From the NCBI GenBank assembly GCA_963724095.1, contig CAVRTH010000019.1, positions 536,640 through 600,639 on the forward strand: 64,000 nucleotides of DNA. The letters run 5' to 3'. Below, in pieces: positions 49,635 through 60,858 of this stretch. The position numbers were made by a program, and so were the translations under genes. This stretch comes from an uncultured Chloroflexia bacterium. Lineage in GTDB: Bacteria > Chloroflexota > Limnocylindria > Limnocylindrales > CSP1-4. Numbering within the stretch: position 1 is the first letter of the stretch; the number at the start of each line of letters is the position of its first letter. Below the pieces are notes generated by a model. The model did no database searches. It saw only the letters and a program-made list of their open reading frames with translations, and was not told the origin of the DNA.

Positions 49635-50264
49635 ATGCGTGTCGCAGTGGTCAACGAGACCAGCGCGGTCGACAAGCACTCGTTCATCATGTCCGCCCTC
49701 GAGGGCCGCGGCCTCGAGGTGCTCAATGCCGGCATGACGGAGCCCGGGGAGTCGCCCGAGCTGCAATACATCCACACCGGCCTCATCTCGGCGCTCGTGC
49801 TGGCCGCTGAGCGCGTGGACATGGTCATCGGCGGTTGCGGTACCGGCCAGGGCTACATGAACTCGGTGATGCAATACCCCGGCGTCGTCTGCGGCCACCT
49901 GCTCACCTCGCTCGACGCGTTCCTCTTCGCGCGCATCAATGCCGGCAACGTCATCTCACTGGCGCTCAACCAGGGCTGGGGCTGGGCCGGTGACGAGAAC
50001 CTGCGCCTGCTCTTCGACCAGCTCTTCACGCAGGAGGTGGCTACGGGGTTCCCGGCTCACCGCCGGGAGCCGCAGCGGGCCTCGCGCGACGCCCTCAAGG
50101 TCATCTCGGAAGCCTCCCATCGCTGCATGAAGGGCATCGTCAAGCGGCTGCCCGACGAGATCATCGTGCCGGCCATCACGCACCCGGCTGCGGCCGCCGT
50201 GCTGGACATCCCCACCATCGCCGATGCCGAGCTGCGCGAGGCGCTCGAGGCGCGCTTGCCCTAG
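49635..50264 (+). CDS. RpiB/LacA/LacB-family sugar-phosphate isomerase
   Basis: AAGGAG SD. MRVAVVNETSAV...GGCGTGQGYMNSVMQYPGV matches the RpiB signature region. Confidence 0.7.
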   Translation: MRVAVVNETSAVDKHSFIMSALEGRGLEVLNAGMTEPGESPELQYIHTGLISALVLAAERVDMVIGGCGTGQGYMNSVMQYPGVVCGHLLTSLDAFLFARINAGNVISLALNQGWGWAGDENLRLLFDQLFTQEVATGFPAHRREPQRASRDALKVISEASHRCMKGIVKRLPDEIIVPAITHPAAAAVLDIPTIADAELREALEARLP

Positions 50265-50563
50265 GCTCCGGCATCGCCGTGCACACGAGGTTTGGTCGTC
50301 GCCCCTCCTGCATGGCGGCCACACCGGTGGGCCGGAGGCTCGAACGCGAGGATCGAGCCTTCCCGGGCCAGGAACTCGATGCCCTCGACCAACGGGCGCC
50401 AGTAGGCCTCGTCGGTCTGCGCCAGCGCCGAACAGGTGACGACGACCTCCAGGTCATCTCCTCTGACGAGGTAGAGCCAGTGATACACATCAGCGAACGT
50501 ACCTGGAGCATCGGTCACGCCCGGCACCTCCCACACGCGCCCGATACCGGGGTCAACGGGCAC
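50261..50563 (-). CDS. hypothetical protein (GTG start, GGAGG SD)
   Basis: 100-aa ORF with a good SD; no family recognised. Confidence 0.35.
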   Translation of the reverse strand: MPVDPGIGRVWEVPGVTDAPGTFADVYHWLYLVRGDDLEVVVTCSALAQTDEAYWRPLVEGIEFLAREGSILAFEPPAHRCGRHAGGATTKPRVHGDAGA

Positions 50564-50674
50564 TGGCTTGCCTCCGACGGTGGTCCGCCACGGGCCGAAT
50601 GACGCGGTCGAGCGCGACCGTCAAACGATGCATCTCGTTCCCGACATGTGTTCACCCATCCTCCGCGTCCCGGG

Positions 50675-50716
50675 CCGGAAGGCCCGGCGTGCTGGCCGGA
50701 AGGCCCGGCGTGCTGG
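50675..50716. repeat. perfect 21-bp tandem duplication (ccggaaggcccggcgtgctgg) x2 in a divergent intergenic region
   Basis: Read directly: positions 50675-50695 are identical to 50696-50716. Confidence 0.6.
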
Positions 50717-51018
50717 CAGGCGGCCTGCTGACGATCGACGCTTCGACGCACCCGACGGCGATAGCCAGGTCCACCAGGGCCTCGGGCCCACAGACGGTCG
50801 CACCCCGCATAGGTGTACGACCGACGTCTGGTCGTCGCTGTCATGCCGACCGCCGAGGCAGCCCAGGCAGCCGGCGCGGCGCCACCGATCCTCCGCTGGT
50901 GTCGAGGTGTAGACTGCCGCGCCTTGGGGGCCGTCACACGAGAAGGGCCAGCTCGCCGGCATCCAGCCGCGAGCCACCGTCGGACCCAGCGGTCCGGCCA
51001 CGATCAGGGAGGTTCTCC

Positions 51019-51438
51019 ATGTCTGACAACAAGGCCACGATGCTGCGCATCTACGACGAGGTGTTCAGCCAGGGCGATTTCGACCTCGGCGACGAGATCC
51101 TGGCCGATGACTTCGTCGAGCACGAGGAGCTTCCGCCCGGGATCCCGTCGGGCAAGGCGGCACCGCGGGCGCTGATGACCATGATGCGTTCTGCCTTCCC
51201 CGACTTCCACGCGGCGGTCGAGGAGCTGCTCGAGGATGGGGACAAGGTGATCGCCCGCGTGCGCTTCTCCGGCACCCACCAGGGCGAGTTCATGGGCATC
51301 CCCGCGACCGGCAAGACGTTCGACATCGCCGTCATCGACATCATCGAGTTCCGCGATGGCAAGGCGAGCGCCCATTGGGGAGTCATGGACATGGCCGGGA
51401 TGATGGCGCAGCTCGGGATCGGCGGGCCGCCCGCGTAG
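51019..51438 (+). CDS. SnoaL-like ester cyclase / NTF2-fold protein
   Basis: AGGGAGG SD. LRIYDEVFSQGDFDLGDEILADDFVEHE...FDIAVIDIIEFRDGK is typical of the ester cyclase family. Confidence 0.65.
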   Translation: MSDNKATMLRIYDEVFSQGDFDLGDEILADDFVEHEELPPGIPSGKAAPRALMTMMRSAFPDFHAAVEELLEDGDKVIARVRFSGTHQGEFMGIPATGKTFDIAVIDIIEFRDGKASAHWGVMDMAGMMAQLGIGGPPA

Positions 51439-51556
51439 GCCTCCCCACTGCGCCGCGCGATCGTCGGCGAGCACCTGCGCGGTACCGCCATGAATAGGTG
51501 TGTCTTCGGTCTGGTCGCGCCGCCACGGCTCAGGCAGCCGAGGCGGCGCGAGCATC

Positions 51557-52114
51557 CTAGTCGGCGGGCGCGTACTCGTCCGGCACGGGCGGCATCTCGC
51601 CGCTGAAGATGGCGCCCTGCATGTCAGCGCCGATCTCCGGAGACCAGTCGGCGACCAGGTACGCGCTCAGCCCGTCGTAGTCGCCCTCGCCGGCCAGGAC
51701 GACAGTCTCGATATCGACCGTGATGTCGCTCGGAACCTCGCCAAGTCCGCTGATCGCCGTGCTCGGTCCGGACCAGGACTCGCCCTCATTGTCGATGCGC
51801 CACAAGTCCGCCTGGACCACGAGCCCCGCTTCAGTGCCCACCGGATGAACCCTGAAATTGAGCACCCGCGAGAGCGAGCCCGTCAGTCGCGGATCGCTCA
51901 TCTCGATGGGCCCTTCCCGCACCAGCCCACGCACATCCTCGACGCCATCAGCGATGGTGCTGACCGGCTCCCCGATGACTGTCGAGGCGCCGACCGTGCC
52001 GGTGACGAGCGTCGCCTCTGACGACGCATCCTCTTGTGCCGCCACCGCGATCGCGGAGCCAGCGATCAGGCCGACGAGGACGGTGGCGGCGACGGAGGTC
52101 TTGAGTCCCTTCAC
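51557..52114 (-). CDS. secreted hypothetical protein
   Basis: GTG start after GGAGG; signal peptide KGLKTSVAATVLVGLIAGSAIAVAAQ. Confidence 0.4.
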   Translation of the reverse strand: MKGLKTSVAATVLVGLIAGSAIAVAAQEDASSEATLVTGTVGASTVIGEPVSTIADGVEDVRGLVREGPIEMSDPRLTGSLSRVLNFRVHPVGTEAGLVVQADLWRIDNEGESWSGPSTAISGLGEVPSDITVDIETVVLAGEGDYDGLSAYLVADWSPEIGADMQGAIFSGEMPPVPDEYAPAD

Positions 52115-52351
52115 GGGACCTCCCAACTCCCCCCTTGCGGTGCCCGTCAGCGATCGGCCAGTGGCCTGTGCGGGCAGATTGGCTGCCACCATAGCAGCGG
52201 TGTCCAGCGAACCGCAACGATGCGGGCCGTAGCGCCGAGCGAGGCGGCCCGCCGGGTTCGCCACTGAGCTGCGGGTGTCGGCAGGGTCGCCGCCGCCATG
52301 GCTCGGCGCGTGGCCTCCTGGCCGTCACGTTCCCGGGAACGAGCGTCAGAT

Positions 52352-53089
52352 TCAGCGAGACGACTCGGCGAGCGCCTTGATCACCTTGAGCATCTTGCGC
52401 TCCATCACGAACGACACGGGCTCCAGCAACAAGGGACCTCCCATCAGCCTGGAGCGGCGGTCGTCAGCGTGCTGGTAGCGGGTTCGGGACACGAGCCTTG
52501 TCGTCCCTCCCGGCTGTTCGATGAGCACGAGGGCCCAGCTGGTGGCGAGGACCGCGCTCTCATCCGCGTCAGCGGGGCCACCGAAGACTACGAGCGTCGT
52601 GGGCTCTTCGACGACGGTCACGGTCAACGGCGGTGCCTGCGCGTGCAGCCTGACCGGGTCCCCCACGCGGACGTCCTGATGCTCGTCGAGGATGCGCGCG
52701 GTGTTCTCGATCTGGCAGCCTACGAGGTTCTCCAGCTTCTGGTAGCTGTAGAAGCCACCTCGGCCCTGGCCGATCTGAGCTATCCACGGCCAGATGCGCG
52801 GCGCTGGTGCGTTGATGGAGATGGCGTGCGTCGCGCTCCACTTCGGATGGGGAACGAGCTCATCGCCCGGATAGGACCTCGCGAGCTCTGCGTCCGTCGC
52901 TCCCCATCGCAGGCGTCGGGACCTGAGGAAGGGTGTGATCAGGGCGCCCCCGGTCTCGACGCCCCCCTGGAGGGCTTCAGTCCACGAAGCCCCGATCTTC
53001 GTCACCACGGCCCCCTCCACGCACCCTCGTCTACGGATCTTGCGACAGACCCAAGCCTTGATCGACGGGCTCTCGTGGCCAAGGGCCAA
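52352..53089 (-). CDS. SRPBCC (Bet v1-like / polyketide cyclase-like) family protein; start uncertain
   Basis: ISINAPAPRIWPWIAQIGQGRGGFYSY resembles SRPBCC ligand-binding proteins. Confidence 0.45.
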   Translation of the reverse strand: MALGHESPSIKAWVCRKIRRRGCVEGAVVTKIGASWTEALQGGVETGGALITPFLRSRRLRWGATDAELARSYPGDELVPHPKWSATHAISINAPAPRIWPWIAQIGQGRGGFYSYQKLENLVGCQIENTARILDEHQDVRVGDPVRLHAQAPPLTVTVVEEPTTLVVFGGPADADESAVLATSWALVLIEQPGGTTRLVSRTRYQHADDRRSRLMGGPLLLEPVSFVMERKMLKVIKALAESSR

Positions 53090-53163
53090 GAGGACCTCAA
53101 GCGGGGAGAAGCCGGCACGTTCGTGTCGGAAGGAGCACTCGGCTCGCGCGTCGCTGGATCTTG

Positions 53164-54236
53164 CTAGGGCACGTCCACCGGACGCACCACGCGGTCCTCG
53201 CGTCCGGAGATCTGCGCGGCGAGCGCGGTCGACAGCACCTGGCGGTGCTCGTCCGCGGTGAGCAGCGACGAGCGTCCCTCGCGCACAGCCTCGATGAAGT
53301 CGCGCGTGGCGAGGATGAAGGACTCATCCCACTCGCTCGCGATGTCCTCGTAGTCGCGCGTGACACCGTCACGGTACACCTGCAGCGAGGGCACCTCCTG
53401 GATCTTGCCGTGGCCGCGGTTGACCCACGCCACGCCACGTGAGCCGGTGACCTCGACGCGGTCATCCTGGGAGTAGAACAGCGTCTGTACCTGCAGCTCG
53501 GGCGCGTTGACGACCTCCAGGACGCCCATGGCCCCACTCGCCCAGCGCAGCGAGACCGCGGACGGCGAGTCCAGCGCGCCACCCTCCACCGGGGTCGAGC
53601 CGATCCAGTGCGTGGACCTCGTCAGCCACTCCCAGCAGCGCCCAGAAGATGCTGAACTTGTGCAGCCCGTCATCGAATACCAGCGGCCCACCGCCGTTCT
53701 GCTCGATGTCGAAGCGCCACGCGGCCGCACGGTCGGGGACATCCCAGCCACAGGCCGGGTTGCCCGAGCGGCTGATCTGGCGCACTGACAGCACCTCCCC
53801 GAGCTCGCCCTGTCGCACCAGCTCCACGAGCTGCGCGACCGGCGGGTAGAAGAGGAAGTTCTCGAAGACGCGCACTACCTGGCCCCGCGCCTCTGCCTCG
53901 GCGGCTGCCGCGACGAAGCGCGAGCACTCGGCCACCGTGAAGCCCACCGGCTTCTGGGTCGAGAGGTGCTTGCCCGTCTCGATGGCCGCCAGCGCCACCT
54001 CCATGTGCATGTGGTGGGGCAGGAGCACCTCGAAGGCGTCGATCGAATCGTCGGCCAGGCAGTCGCGCCAGTCGGCGTACACCTTCTCCGGCTCGATGCC
54101 CCACGAGCGTGCCCGCGCCAGGGCGCCCTCCGTGTCGGGCTTGCAGACCGCGGCGATGCTGGGTGTACGGCGACTTGACGTACTCGATGGCGTGCAGGTC
54201 GCTGATGCGGCCGGGGCCGATGATGGCCACCCTCAT
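53164..54236 (-). pseudogene. Gfo/Idh/MocA-family oxidoreductase split over three frames
   Basis: N-terminus MRVAIIGPGRISDLHAIEY (ORF 53670-54257), middle EVLLPHHMHMEVALAAIETGKHLSTQKP (ORF 53462-54082) and C-terminus in ORF 53164-53751. Confidence 0.55.
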
Positions 54237-54284
54237 GCGTTCGACGGCTGCGGACACGTGTGTGCTCCCTCCCTTGGCTCGACA

Positions 54285-55167
54285 TCATTCCTTGACGGCG
54301 CCCAGCGTCAGCCCGGCGATGAAGTACCGCTGGAACACCACGAAGACCACGATCGTGGGGACGCTCGCGATGACCGACATGGCCGCCTGAGAGGCCCAGG
54401 CGACGTTGTACTGGCCCTTGAGCGCATTGATACCCGCCATCACCGTCTTGGCTTCCGCCGAGCGTGTGAACACCAGCGGCCACAGGAAGTCATTCCAGAT
54501 CCAGGTGAACTGTAGGGTCGCGAGGACCGCTAGTGCCGGCAGCGACAACGGCACCACGATCCGCGGAGCAGCACCGACCACTCGCCGGCCCCATCCACGA
54601 TGGCTGCCTCACGCAGGCCGGATGGCAAGGCGCTCAGGAAGTTGCGCATGAGCAGGGTCGTGATCGACATGCCCAGGTCAAGCGGATATGGACGGATAGA
54701 CCGTGTCGTAGAGCGTCGGATACAGCGTAGTCGAACAGTCCCAGGCTATCGAAGATGCGGAACAGCGGGATCAGCATCGCCTGCGGCGGGAAGAACATGC
54801 CCGCGATGACGACCAGGAAGAGCACCTCGGCAAAGGGGAAGCGGAACTGGCTGAAGACATAGCCCAGCAGGACCCCGCCGGCGACCGAGATGATGGTGGC
54901 CGGGATGGTCACCAGGAAGCTGTTGAGCAGGTATCGCGGCAGCGGCGTGTCGGTGATCAGACTTCGCGTGAAGTTGTCCAGCGTCGCAGCTTCGGGGATA
55001 TGCCATACCCCCCGCAGCGAGATCTCAGCGTTCGTCTGCAGTGACGTGAGGACGACACCGATCAGTGGCGCCGCGTAGATCACGAGCATGGCCAGGATGA
55101 AGCCGTGCAGCAGCAACGATCGGCTGGGCGGGCGCGCCTTCTCCGCCTGCACGCGGGCGTCAGCCAT
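54285..55167 (-). pseudogene. CUT1-family sugar ABC permease (MalG-like), frame-disrupted
   Basis: N-terminal part in ORF 54634-55167; C-terminal part (EAKTVMAGINALKGQY…) in ORF 54285-54581. Confidence 0.55.
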
Positions 55168-56036
55168 AGAGGCGCTCCGAAGCCCGGCTCTGGCGGAAGT
55201 AGATGACGATCACGATGATGGCCAGGCCGAAGAGGGCGGTGGCGATGGCGGCACCGTAGCCGAACTGGTACTTGAAGAAGGTCTCGGAGAACATGAACAT
55301 CGCCAGGTTGTCCGAGGTGTGGAATGGGCCACCCTTGGTCAGGACATAGACGATGTCGAAGCCCTTGAGCGTATTGATGACGGCGAGACTGATGACCACC
55401 ACGGTCGCCGGGCGGAGTAGTGGCACCATGATGCGGCGGAACTGCTGCCAGGTATTGGCGCCGTCGATCGAGGCGGCCTCAAGCAGCTCTCTGGGGATGG
55501 TGGTAAGCGCGGCGAGATAGAGGATCAGGCTGAGGGCCGTCTGCTGCCAGCACCAGGCTACGATGACCGCCGCCAGGGATGTGTTGGGGTTTCCTAGCCA
55601 CGCCTGCGTGAGGTCACCCAGCCCGATGGCCTCCAGGACCGAGTTCAGCAGTCCCCAGTCGGGTTGGTAGAGTCCAGACCCAGACCTGCCCCACGACCAC
55701 GAGGGAAAGCGTGATGGGCAGGTAGAACATCGACTTGTAGAAGCGGCTCGCACGCAATGGCCGGTCGAGCAGCACTGCCAGCCCCAGGCCGGCGATGGTG
55801 GGTACCGTGACGGCGACGATGAGCCAAAGCGCGGTGTTGCGGAAGGCGCCGATGAAGAGCGGGTCGTTGAGAGCCCTGACGTAGTTGTCCAGACCGATGG
55901 GCGTGGGATCGCCGAGACCGCTCCAACTCCATGTGCTGTAGATGGCCGACTGGAGCAGCGGGTAGAGCACGAAGACGAAGTAGATGGCAAGCGGACCCGC
56001 AGCCATCGATATCAGCGCCAGGCGGCTTCCACGCAT
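55160..56036 (-). pseudogene. CUT1-family sugar ABC permease (MalF-like), frame-disrupted
   Basis: N-terminus in ORF 55614-56036; EAA-loop C-terminal half (ASIDGANTWQQFRRIMVPLLRP) in ORF 55160-55990. Confidence 0.55.
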
Positions 56037-56133
56037 CGCGTCCTCGGGTTAACGGGGCGCCGAGTCCACGCAGGACCCGGCGCCCGATGTCAGGTCCGCC
56101 GGCCCGCCAGTGCTCCGGGCGACGAACGTCCTG

Positions 56134-57439
56134 TCACTGCTGTTCGAAGGCGGCCTTGACGCCTGCCTCAGTCTCGGCCAGCAAGGCCGCGACGTCCTGG
56201 TTCGGGTCGGACATGAACTTCGCGAACATGTCCAGGCCGACCTCCGACGGCGCCGGCGGCGTCGCGAGGTCGTAGTTGAAGTTGAACGACGGCGACGCCG
56301 CTACGACGGCGAGTGCCTTCTGGAGCACGCTGTTCAACGCGCTCGTATCGGAATTCACGTTCGGGGGCAGTGCGCCCTGGCCGATGGCCCACTGGGTCTG
56401 CACATCCGGTCCCGCCAGGAACGCGAGCAGGTCCATGGCGTTCTGGGGATGCTTGGCCGCAGCCGCGACCGCGAAGGTGTCGACCGGCCCGACCACCGCA
56501 TTCGGCATGCTCGGGTCGAGCGTCGGGAACTCGAAGAAGTCGTAGTCCTCACCTGCGACCGCACCCAGGCCATCCATGTAGCCGGTGATCCAGGTGCCCA
56601 TGAGGTTCATGGCCGCCTCACCCTTGTAGAGGCTGGTCGGCGGCGTCGGTCCAGTCGATAGGCGTTGGCGTCCGGCGTGAAGCAGCCGGCATTGGCGGCA
56701 TCCTGCCAGAGCGTCATGGCATTGACGACCTCCGGGTCGGTATAGGAGGCATCGCCCGCCATCAGGCTTGGCGCGGTAATCGGGCCCGGCCGTCCGCAAC
56801 AGGAGATAGTCGAACCAGAACTGGGCCGGCCAGCGGTTCATGGAGCCGATCGAGATGGGGACGATGCCCTGTTCCTGCAGCGCGCCGCAGGCCGCGAGGA
56901 GCTCATCCCAGGTCGTCGGGATCGGCTACCCCGGCGGCGTCCATGACCTTGGGGTTGTAGAACATGCCGGCGTAGTGATAGCCGAACGGGATGAGTGTAC
57001 TTGCTCCGTCATAGGTCGACGCCGCCGCGACCATGCCCGCGCGGGAACTGGATGCATCCAGGTCATTCGCCGCCCACATCTCGTCGATGGGCATGAGCGA
57101 GTCCGTTCTTCACCTGGAAGGCGGCCCGGGCACCAGCCCAGTCGGTCAGTACGTCCGGCGGGTTGCCGCCCGCCAGCTGCACCAGGATGGCGGTCTTGTA
57201 GTTCTCGTGGTCGATCGTCACACGAAGTTGACGGTGATGCCGGTCTCGTCGGTGAACTGCGCTAGCATGATGTCGAGCCAACGCCTTCTCGCCAAGGTCG
57301 ACCTGAGAAGTACGTCAGGATGTCGACACTGTCACCTTCATCCTGGGCGAGGGTCGCTGTTGGTGCCGCGACCGCCAACAGCGCGACACTGGCCGCCAGC
57401 ACGAAGCTTCGGCGCCAGATCGTTCCCAACTTGGTCATC
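56134..57439 (-). pseudogene. sugar ABC substrate-binding protein split over at least 4 frames
   Basis: Signal peptide MMTKLGTIWRRSFVLAASVALLAVAAPTATLAQDE after AGGAGG. Body pieces lie in ORFs 57063-57281, 56903-57094 and 56134-56841. Confidence 0.5.
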
Positions 57440-57680
57440 ATCTGTCCTCCTGTCCGTCCGAATGGCGTTTTCCCAGAACGCCCCATCGGGTCAGTCACTC
57501 CTCACAGCATGTGCGATCGGACCGCGGCCACCTCCCTTTCCTTGTTCCTTTGTGCGCAGGCGACCGGCCCGCGCGTGAGTTTCGCTGTTCCTCGACCGCG
57601 GTTGTGATGTCGCGGTCGCCGGGAGCCGGGCGATCGTGGCCGGATCACTGGCGCGAGGTAGGCTGCCGAGAACGATCACA

Positions 57681-58526
57681 TCATGCACTTCCGCCGATGC
57701 CGCACGCACGCCCGGCATCGACGGCGCTCATCGAGGCCACCCGATGGGCTGGCCCGCCCAGCTCGCGGCTGACTCGTGCGGCGGTGTCGACCACGATCGG
57801 AGCCACCGCCTTGAGCCGTTCTGCGTCCAGGCGTTCGGCCGGGGCAGAGATACCAAGCGATGCCACCACGCCGCCGATACCGAAGACCGCTGCGGCCACG
57901 CAGCGCACGCCCGGGTGATACTCCCGATCGTCCACTGCATAGCCGGTCACGCGCACCTGGGCCAGCTCCTTCTCGAGCGCCCCTGGCGAGGTGATGGTGT
58001 TGGGCGTGAAGGCCTCGTAGTCGATGCTGCGGAGGAGTCCTTCGGCCGTCCCTCGCGGCAGGTTCGCGATGAGTGATTTGCCGGTCGCGGTGCAGTGCAG
58101 CGGCCCGGATTGGCCGATCCCCGCGTTCGCTGAGAGGAGCGTGGTGCCATTGAGCGTTGACACATAGACGACATGATCACCGGCCAGCACCGCAAGGTGC
58201 GTGTTGTCACCCGCCGCGGCCCACAGCGACTTGAGGTGCGGTGCTGCCACGACCGTGAGATCACGCGAATCGAGAACGGATCGCGCCAGTTCCACCACTT
58301 TCACGCTGGCGGCGTAGCGGCGCGTGGAGACGTCCTGCTCCACATACCCGAGGCGCACCAGGGCGGCCAGCGTCCGATGGGCATTGGCCTTGTCGAGAGC
58401 GAGCTGTGCGGCGATCTCGGTGACCCCCAGCGAGGTATGTGATGACACCAGCAGCTCGAGCGTGCGCATGCCGGTTGCGAGCGCTCCCCGCTGACCCGAC
58501 CCAGAGGACCTTGCCTGGCCAGTCAT
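57681..58526 (-). CDS. IclR-family transcriptional regulator
   Basis: N-terminal wHTH (LGVTEIAAQLALDKANAHRTLAALVRLGYV) and an IclR effector domain. Confidence 0.8.
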   Translation of the reverse strand: MTGQARSSGSGQRGALATGMRTLELLVSSHTSLGVTEIAAQLALDKANAHRTLAALVRLGYVEQDVSTRRYAASVKVVELARSVLDSRDLTVVAAPHLKSLWAAAGDNTHLAVLAGDHVVYVSTLNGTTLLSANAGIGQSGPLHCTATGKSLIANLPRGTAEGLLRSIDYEAFTPNTITSPGALEKELAQVRVTGYAVDDREYHPGVRCVAAAVFGIGGVVASLGISAPAERLDAERLKAVAPIVVDTAARVSRELGGPAHRVASMSAVDAGRACGIGGSA

Positions 58527-58694
58527 CGCAACGCGATTGTCTTACTCGCTACACACTCGTCAAGCACATTTCTTAATGGACAACGATCGTTGACGAGTCA
58601 CGCGTGGATCGCCGGCGAGACGCTGGCCACAGGCCGCCGTTCCCGCCCACGGCGCGTCATCGCGGCGTTACCGGCGTTGTCATACAGTCGCAGC

Positions 58695-59492
58695 ATGGAC
58701 ATGCACCAGGAGCCGGGCATCCGGCACCTCACCTACGATCAGCTCATCGCCTCCACGGTCGACCACGAGTGCGACGGCGTGGGGCGTGATCACATCTGTG
58801 TTCGCATCGCGGCGGTGGCCGACCTGCCCACCAAGTTCGGGACCTTCCATATCGTCGGCTTCTGGAATGACCGGGATGGCAAGGACCACGTCGCCATCGT
58901 CAAGGGGGACCCCTTCGAGAAGGAGGACGTGCCCGTCCGGATGCACAGCGAGTGCCTCACCGGCGATGCGCTCGGCTCGCTGCGCTGTGACTGTCGAGAT
59001 CAGCTTACGTCCGCGCTGCGCGCGATCGATGCGCAGGAGACCGGCATGGTGCTCTATCTGCGCCAGGAAGGGCGCGGCATCGGCTTGCTCAACAAGCTCC
59101 GCGCCTATGGACTCCAGGATGAAGGACTCGATACGGTCGATGCGAACGTGGCCCTTGGCTTCCGCGACGATGAGCGTGACTACAGCATCGCAGCCCACAT
59201 GCTGGAGCTGCTGCGAGTACGTTCCATCAAGCTGATGACGAACAATCCCAGGAAGGTGGAGGGCCTGCGCGAGCTGGGTATCGAGGTCAGCGGCCGGATT
59301 CCTCACGTCATCCCGGCCAACAAGCACAATCGTTCGTACCTGGAGACCAAGGCGCTGCGCTCTGGCCATCTCATCGACGTGGAAGGCCACGAGCACCTGC
59401 TCGAGCAGATCGACCGCCCCATCGTGGAGGGCATGAGTCCCGATGACATCGATGCCCTCGAGACGTTCGACCCGGTGGAGGTAGAGGCATGA
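58695..59492 (+). CDS. ribA: GTP cyclohydrolase II (RibA-like) with a C-terminal extension of about 60 aa
   Basis: VRMHSECLTGDALGSLRCDCRDQL zinc/GTP motif and LRQEGRGIGL. Confidence 0.75.
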   Translation: MDMHQEPGIRHLTYDQLIASTVDHECDGVGRDHICVRIAAVADLPTKFGTFHIVGFWNDRDGKDHVAIVKGDPFEKEDVPVRMHSECLTGDALGSLRCDCRDQLTSALRAIDAQETGMVLYLRQEGRGIGLLNKLRAYGLQDEGLDTVDANVALGFRDDERDYSIAAHMLELLRVRSIKLMTNNPRKVEGLRELGIEVSGRIPHVIPANKHNRSYLETKALRSGHLIDVEGHEHLLEQIDRPIVEGMSPDDIDALETFDPVEVEA

Positions 59493-60190
59493 GCGGTCGT
59501 CCGGTCGCGATGATCACCGGTGCCAGCGGTGGGCTTGGACGGGTGCTTGCGCGCGACCTTGCCGCCGACGGCTACGACCTGGCCCTGCTGGGTTCGGACG
59601 CGGGGCGTCTTGAGGCGCTTGGCGCGGACCTGGGACTGGACCGTGACCACACCATCACGATGGCGGCCGACCTGCGTGACGCGGCCGCTGCTGCCGAGGC
59701 CATCGATGCGGTCTACGACCGCTTCGGGCGTGTCGACACGCTGGCGCAGTTGGTGGGCGGCTGGACCGGCAGCATGGACGTGGGGCGCTCACCCGACGAG
59801 CCCTATGCGTCGATGATCGACCAGCACTTCTGGACATCGCTCAACGTCGTGCGCGAGCTGGCGCCGCGGATGATCGATGCCGGCTTCGGGCGCATCGTGG
59901 CGGTGTCTTCGCCGATGGCGGCTTCGCCGGATGCAGGCATGAGCGCTTACGCGGTGGGCAAGGCCGCCCAGGAGGCGCTCTTCGCGGCCCTCGCACAAGA
60001 GGTCGTCGGCAGCGGCGTGACGGTCAATGTCCTGCGTGTGCGTGCCATCGACACCGCGGCGGGCGAGGCTGGTTCCGACAAGCGATCCGCCACCTCGCCG
60101 GCGGAGATCTCAGCTGCTGTCCGCTATCTCTTCAGCGCTGAGGCGCGCGTCGTCAACGGGCAACGCATCGGGCTCCACAGCGGCATCTAG
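59489..60190 (+). CDS. SDR-family oxidoreductase
   Basis: AMITGASGGLGRVLA (TGxxxGxG), catalytic YxxxK (YAVGKAA); start overlaps the ribA-like stop. Confidence 0.8.
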   Translation: MSGRPVAMITGASGGLGRVLARDLAADGYDLALLGSDAGRLEALGADLGLDRDHTITMAADLRDAAAAAEAIDAVYDRFGRVDTLAQLVGGWTGSMDVGRSPDEPYASMIDQHFWTSLNVVRELAPRMIDAGFGRIVAVSSPMAASPDAGMSAYAVGKAAQEALFAALAQEVVGSGVTVNVLRVRAIDTAAGEAGSDKRSATSPAEISAAVRYLFSAEARVVNGQRIGLHSGI

Positions 60191-60858
60191 GGCGCTTCCC
60201 CCCGGGAGAGCTCCGCGCGGACAGCGTCGGCCATGGCTGCCCCCAAGCTGGCGCAGCCGGCCGCATCGAGGTGCACGCCATCGGCCGGATCCACCGACGC
60301 CACCGATCCGGCATCGAAGAAGCCGGCGCCGTGGTCCTCGGCCACGATCGCGTACATGCGGGCCAGTTGCCGAGAGGTCTCGAGTGCATCCCCGAAGCCC
60401 CACATCTCGCTGCGTGCAGTGATCTCGCCCAACGGCACCGGCGATACCAGTAGCACTCGGGGCGGATCACCCTCAGGACCGGACAGGGACGCGCGCGCGA
60501 CATCGACCAGCCGGGCTGCTCCGCACGCGATCTCGGGCGCGGTCAGGCCGTAGATGCGCTTGAGGTCATTCGTGCCCAGCATGATGATCAGCAGGTCCAC
60601 CGGTGCATGTGAGAGCAGACACGGCAGCAGGTACGGCAGCCCGTTGCGGCCTGGCTCGATCTCCGAGTCCCAGATGGTGCAGCGGCCGTTGAGGCCCTCC
60701 TCGATGACCTCGTAGTCGTCACCCAGTACGGCCTCCATGACGCGAGGCCAGCGGACCGCCCGCGGCAGTCGCCGAGGTCCCTCCGGGGTCTTCCCATGTC
60801 CTGACGGGTTCGCTCCGTGGGTGTTGGAATCACCGAAGCAGACGATCGTGCGAGTCAT
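60187..60858 (-). CDS. SGNH/GDSL-family hydrolase
   Basis: Block I VCFGDSNTHG, block III/V (GTNDL, DGVHL). Confidence 0.75.
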   Translation of the reverse strand: MTRTIVCFGDSNTHGANPSGHGKTPEGPRRLPRAVRWPRVMEAVLGDDYEVIEEGLNGRCTIWDSEIEPGRNGLPYLLPCLLSHAPVDLLIIMLGTNDLKRIYGLTAPEIACGAARLVDVARASLSGPEGDPPRVLLVSPVPLGEITARSEMWGFGDALETSRQLARMYAIVAEDHGAGFFDAGSVASVDPADGVHLDAAGCASLGAAMADAVRAELSRGEAP

